DNA from: an uncultured Candidatus Saccharibacteria bacterium
Lineage (GTDB): Bacteria > Patescibacteriota > Doudnabacteria > UBA920
DNA length: 64,000 bases
Assembly (NCBI GenBank): GCA_964434195.1
Contig: CAYSUI010000001.1
Location: forward strand, 8,931-72,930
Direction of reading: 5' to 3'
Made by a program: the position numbers and the translations under genes. Of this stretch, positions 10,396 to 21,040 are shown one piece after another; positions within the stretch are counted from its first letter, which is position 1, and every line of letters starts with the position of its first letter. Below the pieces are notes generated by a model, which was given only the letters and a program-made list of their open reading frames with translations, ran no database searches and had not been told where the DNA came from.

Positions 10396-13300
10396 CTATT
10401 GTTCGGAATATTTTAGAACGGCTCCACCATAGGCTTCGTAGTATTCTATTTTAATTTCGTGGGCGCCGGCGGTTAGGTTTTTGGTTGCTGTGTAGGTGGT
10501 ACTGCCTTGGTCTTTCCATTTGTCTATTACTAGTTCGCCGTCTATGTAGAGTCTTACGCCGTCGTCTGCGGTTACGGTGAAGGTTTTGTTTCCTGCTGGG
10601 TAGTTCTGCAGTTTAGTGAAGCGGCAAGAGAACTGGTCTACAGGCACACTTGCACTAGGACTACCCCCGTTCCAGACAAAATTAATATCTTGGTAATTGG
10701 CAATGTAAATTGGACTGCCTTGTAAGCTTGTTCCGTTATAACAGCTTGCAAAGAAACCAGCGGGACCGGTTTGTTTGTTTATGTTTAAAGCAAGTCTTGC
10801 CCAAAGAGTTCTGTCGTAAAATTCTACCTTTACTTCGTGGAGACCTGCTGACATTTGCTTGGTAGCTGTGTACGTAGTTGTACCGTGGTCGTTCCATTGG
10901 TCTAGTATTTTTTCTCCGTTTATATAGAGTCTTATACCGTCGTCAGAAATAGTTTCGAAATTATATAGACCGTCTTCGAAAAGTTTTTTTGCTTTGGCTT
11001 CCACTATAAAGAACTCTGGAGCTACTCCTGTGGCAGGTGCGTTGTTGCCCCAAGTGAAATCTATATTTGGACTTGTGGTTGTTGCGAGTGGTGGCGTAGT
11101 GGGAATTTGAGGAACGAGAGTGAAGGGTGCGTTTGGGAAGTTCCAAAATATTAGCGCGTAGTCTGTAGGAATATTTACCGGAGTTATGTCGCCTACTCTT
11201 TGGTAGTTAGCTATAAGTACTGCACCACCACTGGCTTCGTAGTATTCTACTTTTATTTCGTGTTCTCCGGTTTGCAAGTCTACTTCTCCACTGGTAGTTC
11301 TACTGCCGTGGTCGCTCCAATCGTCTACTACTTTTTTACCACCTACAAATATTCTGCAACCGTCGTCACAGGTTTGGGTAAATTTATACTTACCACTCTG
11401 TAGATTCACTTTTTTTGTAAAACGAGCGGAAAAAAAATCTGGTTGAATTTTAGGGTCTGGACTAAGAGCGTTCCAGACGAAATTTATTTCTTGGTCGTTT
11501 CTTACTAAAGCTGGTGTGCCCGTAAGATTTTTGTTGTTGAAAAATTCGGATGTAAAAGAATCTACTGGCGGTACTGTTGCGACTTTAAAGTTGGCAATGT
11601 AAGTAGTATCTGTGTTTGGTGTGGCTATAGTATGAGTCTGCGCTCCGCCGTCGCTCCAACTTTCGAATACGTAGTTTATGCCATTTAAGGTTTGATTTGG
11701 GGCTTCTAGAATTCTATTAATACCAACGACTCCAGAAAAAGTTTGTGGAGATACTTTTGGCTGACTGTCGATATTAATAATCATTCCCTCGGGATTACTC
11801 TTAACAACCAAATTACTAATTCTCGGAAAAATATCCAGTTCTTTAGTAGTAGTTAACCCAAATGAATCTTTTGCCGTAACAATTATTTTATACCAAACAT
11901 CAGGAGAAACCTCTCCTTCTGCAGGGATTACGAATGAGCCTTTTCTACCAGTGAAAGGTGCAATGAAAGGGTGAAAATGAACATTGTGATGAAATCTTAC
12001 TTCTGTAGTAAACGCAGAGTCAGGCAAAATTTTCCCGTCGCTATCCATAGCTGAAAACTCATAATTTATCGTATCACCCGCTTTATATAGAGTGCTTGGA
12101 TTTGGTGATATAAAGCTTAAGACTGGTGGATTACTTACTTTCACAACAATCGGAGAAGTACTCACAGAATTTACCCCATCGCTTACTGAAAGAGTCACAT
12201 TAAACTGACCCTTGTTTACATATAAATGTGAAGGGTTCGGTTGTGTAGAAGTTTGTCCGTCTCCAAAATTCCAACTAAAAGACAAAGGTTTGCCTTCTGG
12301 ATCAGAAGAACCGCTACTGGAAAAATTAACTGTTAGTGGTGGCTGACCTTGTAGAGTATCTGCGGAAGATTTTGCTATGGGTAACAAATTACCCGTCGAA
12401 GAAAATATCTTAACAAGACTCCCTTTAAGTAGAGACAGATAATATAAGGCTCCGTCTGGTCCCTGTTTGAGATCTATTATGCCTATTGCGTCGGTATCAA
12501 AAGGTGCTTCTGATTGAGCTTCTATTTCACCATCTTCGTGCTCGTGTAAAATTACCCTTCTAATAAAACCCAGTGTGAAATCTCCATAGTAGTAATTATT
12601 ACTGAAATCTGGAGGGAAATTACTCCCCCTGAATACGAACCCTCCCATTATTGAGCCTCCTAGACTTGAGTTAGCACTTACGTGTGCATATGCGAACAAT
12701 GGATCTGTTAGTCCAGCACAATTATTTTGACATTTACCTTCCGTTTTTGGCCAACCATAGTTTGCACCTTTCTTTACAATATTCATCTCTTCCCAGGAGA
12801 GTTCCCCCACATCCCCTAAAAACAATTCGCCACTCGATTTATCTACCTGAAAACGAAATGGATTACGAAAACCAAGCGCCCAAATTCTTGGATCTGCACC
12901 AGGGGTAGACACGTATGGATTGTCTGAAGGTACTGTTCCATCTTTATTTATTCTTAAAACCTTCCCATATAAATTGGATAGATTTTGAACACGCGATGAA
13001 ATACTTCCGTCACCAATCGCAAGATATAATTTCCCATCGTTCCCAAAATCCAAAGCACCGCCTGCGTGGAAAGGGCCTGAATCTGACTGAGAATTAAATA
13101 TGACCACAGGAGCTTGAAAATCTGTATCTCCCTGACTATTAAATCTCACCACCTTGTGAAAGCCATCGGGAGCAATATAGTAGACATACAAAAAGTGGTT
13201 ATTGTTCCAATCTGGATCAACCGCTATACCATATACACCCAAAGCGTCTGTGCCTTTTACCGCCAACTGTGCAAAAGGTGTACCTAACACATTTCCATTT

Positions 13301-14556
13301 TTTATTATTTTAATCTTGCCGAATAACTCTCCAACAAAAATTCTTCCGTCTGGTGCAAATGTAAAAGTAGTTGGCGAACTTAAACCTGAAGATATGACCG
13401 ATTGTTTCTGAAACATACCCGCTTGAACCGGAGCCAATGGACCCTTAGCTCTATATATTTTTCCTGGTGAGATCGTAACGTAATAAATATTACCATCTGG
13501 CCCTTGTACTAGGTCTGTAATTGTACTTACTCCCGAATCGAATGGAATCTCTGTTCCAATTACCCCTGTTGCTGTGTCGTTGATCTTTAGACGACTAATA
13601 CGAGCCTGCGAGAAATCTGCAAAAAAATATGAGCCGTCGTATTCAGGAGGTAGGTTATAGCTCCGACTAACAAAACCACCTACTATTGCACCAGTATTAT
13701 GACCATTGACCGTTGTGTGGGGGTATACATAAATAGGATCGATCAAGCCACCGCAATTAATAGTGCATTTACCCTCAGCTAGTGGCCAACCGTAATTCTT
13801 ACCTTTCTCTACTATATTTATTTCTTCCCATGTAGATTCTCCAACGTCTGCAAGCAATAGCGTACCTTTTACAGAATCGAACTGAAATCGGAATGGATTC
13901 CTAAAACCATATGCCCACACTCTTTGTTCTTTTCCTGCTTGTCCGAAATATGGATTGTCGCTTGGAATAGTTCCGTCTGAATTTATTCTTAGTAGTTTAC
14001 CTAGTGGTGAACTAAGGTCTTGGACTTTGAAAGTTAGACCACTGTCTCCTATTCCTATATAAAGTTTTCCGTCTGGACCAAAGTGTATTGCGCCACCAGC
14101 ATGGTTACTACCAGCAACTACACCGGACTTATAAACTTCTACCCAATTACCGGAACTTGCGTCTCCGCTTGCGTTTACTTTCCATACTTTATGGAAGCCG
14201 TCTGTTTTGTCTATGAAATAAATATATACAAAAGGACTAGTGTTCCAATTTGGATCAAAAGTTATACCCAAAGCTCCACGATCCGAATCCGCAAAAGCAG
14301 GAACACTGCCAAAAGGCGTTGCTAATAGAGTGTTGTTTTTATAAATTTTTATGCTTCCACCTTGCTCAACCACAAAGAGTCTACCGTCTGGTGTAAAACC
14401 AATTGCAGTAGGGTTGTTTAGACCAGCACCAACCAACGTGTCTGTAGTAAAACCACTTGGTGGAGCGGCTTTTGCTTGTGAACTAATAAGCAAAAAGAAA
14501 CCGAGTATGAGAGCAAAGGCTTCCAATGCTAAACGAGCTTTGAATTTCATATTCAA
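10396..14556 (-). CDS. secreted protein: two PQQ-dependent sugar dehydrogenase (GSDH-like) propellers + PKD + three PA14 domains
   Basis: two copies of H.GG...FG.DGKLY...G.RNPFRF...WEE.N...G.NYGWP; WNFGDG (PKD); three xDDG.R...W.D..EYY/EFY PA14 repeats. Confidence 0.85.
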   Translation of the reverse strand: MNMKFKARLALEAFALILGFFLLISSQAKAAPPSGFTTDTLVGAGLNNPTAIGFTPDGRLFVVEQGGSIKIYKNNTLLATPFGSVPAFADSDRGALGITFDPNWNTSPFVYIYFIDKTDGFHKVWKVNASGDASSGNWVEVYKSGVVAGSNHAGGAIHFGPDGKLYIGIGDSGLTFKVQDLSSPLGKLLRINSDGTIPSDNPYFGQAGKEQRVWAYGFRNPFRFQFDSVKGTLLLADVGESTWEEINIVEKGKNYGWPLAEGKCTINCGGLIDPIYVYPHTTVNGHNTGAIVGGFVSRSYNLPPEYDGSYFFADFSQARISRLKINDTATGVIGTEIPFDSGVSTITDLVQGPDGNIYYVTISPGKIYRAKGPLAPVQAGMFQKQSVISSGLSSPTTFTFAPDGRIFVGELFGKIKIIKNGNVLGTPFAQLAVKGTDALGVYGIAVDPDWNNNHFLYVYYIAPDGFHKVVRFNSQGDTDFQAPVVIFNSQSDSGPFHAGGALDFGNDGKLYLAIGDGSISSRVQNLSNLYGKVLRINKDGTVPSDNPYVSTPGADPRIWALGFRNPFRFQVDKSSGELFLGDVGELSWEEMNIVKKGANYGWPKTEGKCQNNCAGLTDPLFAYAHVSANSSLGGSIMGGFVFRGSNFPPDFSNNYYYGDFTLGFIRRVILHEHEDGEIEAQSEAPFDTDAIGIIDLKQGPDGALYYLSLLKGSLVKIFSSTGNLLPIAKSSADTLQGQPPLTVNFSSSGSSDPEGKPLSFSWNFGDGQTSTQPNPSHLYVNKGQFNVTLSVSDGVNSVSTSPIVVKVSNPPVLSFISPNPSTLYKAGDTINYEFSAMDSDGKILPDSAFTTEVRFHHNVHFHPFIAPFTGRKGSFVIPAEGEVSPDVWYKIIVTAKDSFGLTTTKELDIFPRISNLVVKSNPEGMIINIDSQPKVSPQTFSGVVGINRILEAPNQTLNGINYVFESWSDGGAQTHTIATPNTDTTYIANFKVATVPPVDSFTSEFFNNKNLTGTPALVRNDQEINFVWNALSPDPKIQPDFFSARFTKKVNLQSGKYKFTQTCDDGCRIFVGGKKVVDDWSDHGSRTTSGEVDLQTGEHEIKVEYYEASGGAVLIANYQRVGDITPVNIPTDYALIFWNFPNAPFTLVPQIPTTPPLATTTSPNIDFTWGNNAPATGVAPEFFIVEAKAKKLFEDGLYNFETISDDGIRLYINGEKILDQWNDHGTTTYTATKQMSAGLHEVKVEFYDRTLWARLALNINKQTGPAGFFASCYNGTSLQGSPIYIANYQDINFVWNGGSPSASVPVDQFSCRFTKLQNYPAGNKTFTVTADDGVRLYIDGELVIDKWKDQGSTTYTATKNLTAGAHEIKIEYYEAYGGAVLKYSEQ

Positions 14557-14614
14557 GGTAGTTAATTTTTGGTCTTTAATTATAACAAACTGAGCTGTTG
14601 ATAACTAAGCGACT

Positions 14615-16186
14615 TCAGAGTAACTTACTATTTTCTATTGAATATTCCTTCTTCAAGGGTACTACCCATAATGTGAAGACACATATAACTATTGACGTAC
14701 CTGCGAGCAGATAGTAGTAAGTTATCGGTCTCATCTTATCCCTTAGGAACGTGTTGTATAAAAAAGTACCATTCTCTCCTCTTTGAACAAATTTATAACC
14801 TGTCCAAAAATTTAGAGGTCTTATATACAAATCGAGTTCAGATTCTGGCTTAGGAATTATATGATTTTTCCCGACCACGCCGAGCAACGACACAGCTGAA
14901 GCATAGGAGAAAAGCAAGAGAGCTAATAACTTTCTACCCAAGACATATTTTCTTCCAGAAAGCCATACACCGAAATAAATAGCCGCGCATGGTATAGATG
15001 GTATTAGATATCTTGGGCCCCATCCCCACCCTCCCCAGGGATCATGAAAACTCGCATATAGAAATAGATTAACTAACATTATACCAAGTGGAATAATTAA
15101 ATCTGGATTTAAATTTTTTCTGAGCTTCCACAGACCCAAGAAACTAAAAAAATATATTGGATAAAAAATCCATAGACCCTTATTAGTCTGAAACAATATG
15201 ACCCATAGACCATTGATGAAACTAGTCTCGTTCAGGCTGTAGGATATGGCTTCTTTCTCAGAAGCAACTTTTTCAGTATCCTCTTTGGTAACTTCTTCAA
15301 ATGTATCTTTAAAATGAGGAGCATATCTTGGAAGAGAATTGCTAAATCTTTTCCAATTGTCGAAATTTTTATAGTTATAGACGACATGCATGCCAATCCA
15401 TACACTTATAACTAGCATACTGAGTAGAAATGAATTTCGCACCGACACTTTGTAAGAACTTGAAAAAATTGAAACCTTAACTCCTGATACCAAGAAATAT
15501 ATCAATATTGGCGACATCAAAATTAAATTCGGATAATCGAAAAATATCGAAGCGCCGAAACATGACCAGAATAATGAAGCCCAAAGAAATCCAAATTTTA
15601 TACTATTCCTATAACGATATACACTATAATATGCAGTTAGTAGGAAAAATACCGAAGGTACATGCTGGTAAAAAGTAATTACAAAATTTAGAAATGTAGA
15701 ACCTATACCTGTACTTATAACAACAAAGCAAGCAGTCCACACAGGTAGCTTAAATATTTCTTTTGAGATCTTAAAAAGCACTATTAGACTTAATACTGCA
15801 AAAATAATTTCTGTTGAGTAAACAAAGAATAAAGACAAATTAAAATATTGACCTAATTTATAAAACGGTAAACCTACATAAGCTATACCAGGCGGAAAAA
15901 AACTAAAGAACCTACCTTTATAAAATCCTGCGTCTGGAGCTGATACATCGGCTAATTCCCTAGTAAGATCCACCTTATTTCTTTCTGCTAAAGACAACAG
16001 AGTGGCATAAGATGAACGTTCGTGGGATAACTCGAAAGCACTTATTTGTCCGTTATACGGAGGTTGCAAAAGTGGAGACTTACTATCTACGTTCCCCCCC
16101 ACTGCTTTGGTTGAAGATAAATAAAACAGCACTATAACGATCAAGCCCAAACATGCGAATATATTTCCAAAAATTTTATTTTTCAT
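14615..16186 (-). CDS. GT-C-like polytopic membrane protein
   Basis: multi-TM; FFPPG and WGGWGWGPRYLIP motifs; lies in the glycan locus. Confidence 0.65.
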   Translation of the reverse strand: MKNKIFGNIFACLGLIVIVLFYLSSTKAVGGNVDSKSPLLQPPYNGQISAFELSHERSSYATLLSLAERNKVDLTRELADVSAPDAGFYKGRFFSFFPPGIAYVGLPFYKLGQYFNLSLFFVYSTEIIFAVLSLIVLFKISKEIFKLPVWTACFVVISTGIGSTFLNFVITFYQHVPSVFFLLTAYYSVYRYRNSIKFGFLWASLFWSCFGASIFFDYPNLILMSPILIYFLVSGVKVSIFSSSYKVSVRNSFLLSMLVISVWIGMHVVYNYKNFDNWKRFSNSLPRYAPHFKDTFEEVTKEDTEKVASEKEAISYSLNETSFINGLWVILFQTNKGLWIFYPIYFFSFLGLWKLRKNLNPDLIIPLGIMLVNLFLYASFHDPWGGWGWGPRYLIPSIPCAAIYFGVWLSGRKYVLGRKLLALLLFSYASAVSLLGVVGKNHIIPKPESELDLYIRPLNFWTGYKFVQRGENGTFLYNTFLRDKMRPITYYYLLAGTSIVICVFTLWVVPLKKEYSIENSKLL

Positions 16187-16198
16187 ATTTATTCAATT

Positions 16199-17458
16199 CT
16201 AACTTACATACTTGCTTATATACTCCAGAACGTGATCGTTACCCCCCGGTAACTTTTCCAACTTTGACTCTAAAATTTCTAAATAAGCACTTCGCTTATT
16301 AATAAGGCTCTGAAATAGGCTCAGTAGTTTTTCGTGACTTAATGAACCTATATCTACCACCCACTCACCCAGACCAAGTTCATCCATTATACCCTGGGTT
16401 TTGTATTCATAGGCAATAGCGATACAAGGAATACCTGAAGTTAATGCGAATATATTAGAGTGCATCCTGGTACCAACCAAATAATCCAGGTTATCATATA
16501 GCCCCTTCATCTCATCATAACTGAATTCATCTTCTATAAAAAATAATCTTTTATTATTTTTCAATTTTTCCGCTATTCTTTTTGAGGGAAACCTGTCATC
16601 GTCTTTACGCTCCGTGTCTGTAACTTGTGGCAATAGTAATATATTATGGGTTTTTGAAATTTTTTCTATGAATTTAGCTATCTCACTCTCATAATAATCC
16701 TGATCCTTCAAACTAAACCAATCCCTTACTGTAATACCGACCAAGGGAACACTTCGGTCTATGCTCATAGATTCTATAACTAAACTCATTAAATCTTTTG
16801 TATTGGTGTTGGAATAAAATGCAGCATCGAAAGCCCTATCAAACTTATCTTTATTAATACCCCAAACTAAAAGTTGCTGATTTGAAATATTTTCTCTTAC
16901 AAAAATCTTATCGATTCTGGAAACAGTAAACCTCACTACTCTTTCTTGGAATATATTTCCAAAAGGCCCTATTGATTGAGGATACGCAACTACTGGTTTT
17001 CCTAATACTTTTCCTAGAATAAAAGGGAGGGACTGCAAAATCAGTGCAACTGTATTATTGAAACCAGACTTGGCTGATAAATAACCCCCACCGACGGGGA
17101 TTATGATATCGCTATTAGCGTACTCTAGCATTACCCTATCCATACCTGAGGGTAAAATTATATTAAAATTTATATCCAACAATTTTTTTGCCGACGACCA
17201 TATAAAGACAGCAACAAATACATGAAGTGTGTGCATTGCTTTGAAGAGCTTGGCATCTGCCCTATAAACAGCATAGTAAAACATTGAATGAATTAATCTT
17301 CGTCCTTCGAAAAATTTATCATTCACAAAAGACTCGGAAGATTCTAATACTATTTCTGAGTTTGGAAATCTAGCCGATAGGTCACGGATCATGCACCCTA
17401 CTATTGCGGCATCTCCTTTATTTTTCGTTGTAGCTGCGTTTGTTAGTAAGATTTTCAT
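16199..17458 (-). CDS. polysaccharide pyruvyl transferase (WcaK-like)
   Basis: NKGDAAI, GGGY, QSIGPF, VRE, GTRMHS, IAYEYK. Confidence 0.9.
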   Translation of the reverse strand: MKILLTNAATTKNKGDAAIVGCMIRDLSARFPNSEIVLESSESFVNDKFFEGRRLIHSMFYYAVYRADAKLFKAMHTLHVFVAVFIWSSAKKLLDINFNIILPSGMDRVMLEYANSDIIIPVGGGYLSAKSGFNNTVALILQSLPFILGKVLGKPVVAYPQSIGPFGNIFQERVVRFTVSRIDKIFVRENISNQQLLVWGINKDKFDRAFDAAFYSNTNTKDLMSLVIESMSIDRSVPLVGITVRDWFSLKDQDYYESEIAKFIEKISKTHNILLLPQVTDTERKDDDRFPSKRIAEKLKNNKRLFFIEDEFSYDEMKGLYDNLDYLVGTRMHSNIFALTSGIPCIAIAYEYKTQGIMDELGLGEWVVDIGSLSHEKLLSLFQSLINKRSAYLEILESKLEKLPGGNDHVLEYISKYVS

Positions 17459-18548
17459 AACTTAATACGGTCTGCAAAAATTCAGAATATCTATCAGAAA
17501 CCTTTTCCCAACTATAACTTTTTACATAGCCCCTCGCCGCACTGCCCATTATTTTTCTTTGTTCGGAGTTCTTTGAAAGATCTAACATAGCTTTAGATAG
17601 AACCTTAGGGTTTTCAACATCTACTTTAACACTGGCTATATCTGGAACCCAAGAAAAACCTGGTATTGACGATACCAAAATGGGTAAACCAAAAGCAAAA
17701 GCTTCATACACAATTAAGGGAAAATTCTCATAGCGGCTAGGTGCTACCAAGAATGCACTTTGTCTGAAAACTTGATGTTTCTCTTCTCCTTCTAAACGGC
17801 CGAGAATTTTTACCTTATTAACAAGATCCAGCTTTACTATTTTCTTTTTTAAGAAATCTTCATCCCCAGGAATACCTTTACCAACCAGAACCAAAGGTAG
17901 ACCAATTTCGTTCTCCACTAATTTATATGCATCGATCAAAATATCTAAACCTTTTTGATTTACGTCTATCCTGCCAATAAATAGTATGTGCTTATTTTCT
18001 GGTTCGGAATTTTCTTTTAGGAGTTCTGGATCTACCCCATTTGCGATTACTGCTGTGTCTATTCTTGGATTAATATACAGAACTTTTTTCTTCAAGCTTT
18101 CCGTAAGCACTATGCAGTATTTGTAATACTTTAGCCCTGTTTGCTCTATAATATGGAAAGGTAATTTGTATTTCTTTGCCATTTCCTCTCCACCCAACAG
18201 ATGGGTAAGACCAACAACTGGTTTTTTTGTGAATAGTGGTAGGAATGCAGTGGAAAATGGAGGAGTAAAACTCTCTAACCACACATCAAATTTCTCTTTC
18301 TTTACATAGAAAGGTAGTAGAAACTGAAATACTAATTGCGCAAGCTGCGGAGGGAGTGAAGCAATTCCGATTCGTTTATAAAGAACCCCATCTAGTGTTT
18401 CGTTTTTTGAATTGGGGTACTTACCTGTAATAATCATTACATCTGCATTCCCAGCTAGCCTCTTAGCTACTTCATGCACAGCAACAGCCCCACCACCACC
18501 ATAGTAAGGGTTATTTAAGGAATCATAATTTGAAAAAATTATTTTCAT
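17418..18548 (-). CDS. GT4 glycosyltransferase
   Basis: FIGRI...KG.D.L and PSRYENFPLIVYEA. Confidence 0.92.
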   Translation of the reverse strand: MKIIFSNYDSLNNPYYGGGGAVAVHEVAKRLAGNADVMIITGKYPNSKNETLDGVLYKRIGIASLPPQLAQLVFQFLLPFYVKKEKFDVWLESFTPPFSTAFLPLFTKKPVVGLTHLLGGEEMAKKYKLPFHIIEQTGLKYYKYCIVLTESLKKKVLYINPRIDTAVIANGVDPELLKENSEPENKHILFIGRIDVNQKGLDILIDAYKLVENEIGLPLVLVGKGIPGDEDFLKKKIVKLDLVNKVKILGRLEGEEKHQVFRQSAFLVAPSRYENFPLIVYEAFAFGLPILVSSIPGFSWVPDIASVKVDVENPKVLSKAMLDLSKNSEQRKIMGSAARGYVKSYSWEKVSDRYSEFLQTVLSYENLTNKRSYNEK

Positions 18549-18550
18549 TT

Positions 18551-19453
18551 CTAATTCAGATCTTTAGTGGTAATATTTAACTCATACACATCCTTATAGT
18601 TTGCTTTAGGCAATAACTTATCTAATAGAATTGTAAAAACTTGAAGTACTAAATATAAAAATGTATAAAGTGGACTACTTATCAAAAAGTATATTAGCGC
18701 TCTAAGTTTTTCTTTAATTGAGGGAGTATATTTTTCTATGATATCTTTATCAAAAAATTTACTAATTGTATTAGGGGCATTAAAATACCTACGCATTTGC
18801 CTTATATAATCCATGCTTTTACTAGGTAACCTAAAATTAACGAGGGCTTCGGGAACATATCTAAATTTATAGTTATTAGTAATTGCAAAGAAGAAACTAT
18901 AAGTGTCTTCAACCCTATCAGCTTCTTTAGGTAATTTAAAATGCTTATAAAAATTCCGAGAGAACCCACGCGCTCTCCCTAAACACCTATGCATATCACT
19001 TCTTTCTTTTAGACTGATTAGCAATCGCTCCCAAATCAAAATCCCCTGAAATGCCAATCTCTCGATTAAAGTATTCGGTGGCAATGGATATATTTTGGGA
19101 GATACTATATCCGCACCATTTTTTATTTCACTTACTAAAGCATCCAGAACATTATTATCAGATAACTTAGTATCAGCATCAAACTGAATGAGTATATCGG
19201 TGTCTGCTGTACTTAATAATTCATTAAACCTAAAGGCTTTCCCCTGTCTGTCCTTGTGATCAATTAACTCCACCAACTCGTTATTGACCCTAAGGGCTTC
19301 CTTAACTGTTAAATCAGAGCTCCCGTCTGATATTACTACTATTTTTTTTAGATCGAAATTTCTTCGATCTTGTAGTAGAATCTGATTAATAAGATTGTAA
19401 ATATTTTTTTCTTCGTTATAGGCTGGTATACCAACAGTTAAATTTAACTTCAT
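18551..19453 (-). CDS. GT2 glycosyltransferase
   Basis: IPAYNEE, SDGSSD, FDAD, ED...QMRR. Confidence 0.9.
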   Translation of the reverse strand: MKLNLTVGIPAYNEEKNIYNLINQILLQDRRNFDLKKIVVISDGSSDLTVKEALRVNNELVELIDHKDRQGKAFRFNELLSTADTDILIQFDADTKLSDNNVLDALVSEIKNGADIVSPKIYPLPPNTLIERLAFQGILIWERLLISLKERSDMHRCLGRARGFSRNFYKHFKLPKEADRVEDTYSFFFAITNNYKFRYVPEALVNFRLPSKSMDYIRQMRRYFNAPNTISKFFDKDIIEKYTPSIKEKLRALIYFLISSPLYTFLYLVLQVFTILLDKLLPKANYKDVYELNITTKDLN

Positions 19454-19460
19454 ATAATAA

Positions 19461-20393
19461 TCATTTACTCAATACTTTACTTGACTCTATGCTTTTCCAT
19501 TTAGCACTAAAATTCTTCGCATACTTTTTCTTAAATAATCTTAAATGCAAGGATTGTAAAAGAATCACCCCTACGGCGAGCGGGGATGTCAATATTTCAC
19601 TTAATAATGCTTCTCTATAATATCTATTTGGCTTGTAATAAAGTTCGTGAACTAAATTTCCAAAATTATTTTCCATAATACTTGATTGAGAATAGTTTCT
19701 TAAGTGCCAATCAAAAAACTCGCCCCAAGTTGTAGGGTTTCTGAAAAACACAACCGCATCTTTGACAAATGAATATTTAAGATTATTCGATTTGCAAAGT
19801 AGAAAAAAATATATATCTAAAGTTCCAAAACTCTCGTGGTTAATTGCCAATCCATTAATTATTTCAACTAATTTTTTTGATAATACAATAGCCTTACCAT
19901 CTACTGATATAGGATGATTTAAAGACCCTATCTTATCTCTAACTTTTTCCCAAATATTATGAATAGTTAACCCCACACTATCTATGAAATTCACCGGATC
20001 CAAGCATTTCCTATTTGCACATAACATCCCTAAAGACTCATCTAAATTGAACGGTTTAACTAGTTTATCTAAAAAAATATTATCTTCTATTTTTATATCA
20101 TCATTTAACAGAACCACCAGGTCGTCTTGTTTTGAGTGTTCTAGGAGTGCAAGGACTGAACCTGCGAAACCTTTTCTTTCTTTATTGTCTATAATCTGAA
20201 TCTTTTCAGATTTTATTGATTGAATAACTTCAATTGTGTTGTCAGTGCAGTCGTCGCAATGAACTATTATTTTTCTTAATTTAAAATTTATTGACTCCTG
20301 CGCAAGCATGCTTTGCAAGAGACTGCCTATATTTTTTTCAGCATTATAGGCTGCTATTCCAACTGTAATTGTGGGTTTGGTCTCTTGGGGCAT
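19461..20393 (-). CDS. GT2 glycosyltransferase
   Basis: IAAYNAE, DDCTD, LNDD. Confidence 0.88.
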   Translation of the reverse strand: MPQETKPTITVGIAAYNAEKNIGSLLQSMLAQESINFKLRKIIVHCDDCTDNTIEVIQSIKSEKIQIIDNKERKGFAGSVLALLEHSKQDDLVVLLNDDIKIEDNIFLDKLVKPFNLDESLGMLCANRKCLDPVNFIDSVGLTIHNIWEKVRDKIGSLNHPISVDGKAIVLSKKLVEIINGLAINHESFGTLDIYFFLLCKSNNLKYSFVKDAVVFFRNPTTWGEFFDWHLRNYSQSSIMENNFGNLVHELYYKPNRYYREALLSEILTSPLAVGVILLQSLHLRLFKKKYAKNFSAKWKSIESSKVLSK

Positions 20394-20539
20394 TTTTCTA
20401 CGAAGTTATTTACTAGGATATTCATTTTAGCAGTTTTGGGGGGTGTGGGTCGAGGTGGGTGGGGTTTTTGTTTTATTGACTACCAATATTGTTAGGGGGT
20501 AGAATATTTTTTCTTTCTGTGAACAAAACTAAATTGGAG

Positions 20540-20863
20540 ATGTTTATGACACTATCTACTTATGCACGTGAACCAATCCAGAAGATTGGTATGTGCTTCT
20601 TTTACTGCTTTTCGGTGGTAATGGCTCTGGCAAGTTCTCTTAACCTGCTATTTACGGAGCCTACCCACCCTGGGCAAACTTTTGGGTATCTAGCACTACT
20701 TCTCACAGTACCTATGCTCGCTTTTGCTGGAGAGACCATCCGGCATGAAGGAGATAAGGAACGCGAAAGACTCGCTCTTGTTTTCTTCTTTTTGTCGGTA
20801 ATACTCTTTGCTGGCTTCCTGTATGCCGGGTTATTCTTAGGACTACAGAAAGGAAACATTTAG
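20540..20863 (+). CDS. small membrane protein
   Basis: three hydrophobic segments; terminator after the stop; start (20540 or 20546) uncertain. Confidence 0.6.
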   Translation: MFMTLSTYAREPIQKIGMCFFYCFSVVMALASSLNLLFTEPTHPGQTFGYLALLLTVPMLAFAGETIRHEGDKERERLALVFFFLSVILFAGFLYAGLFLGLQKGNI

Positions 20864-20928
20864 ACCTTAGTTTCTAACTTCGGTCTTTTTTTATTTTACA
20901 AAATGGAAGACTGAGCAACTAGCGGATA

Positions 20929-20952
20929 GATTCCCCTCTTCAGGGGAATGAC
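20929..20952. repeat. dRS3/REP-like palindrome ATTCCC-N8-GGGAAT-GAC (intergenic copy)
   Basis: GATTCCC-CTCTTCAG-GGGAATGAC. Confidence 0.7.
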
Positions 20953-21040
20953 AAAGGGGTACAGATGGGAGGTATTAATATTTAAAGAGATAATAAAAAC
21001 ACTAGAAGTTATTTGCTTCTAGTGTAAAAAAACTAATGCG

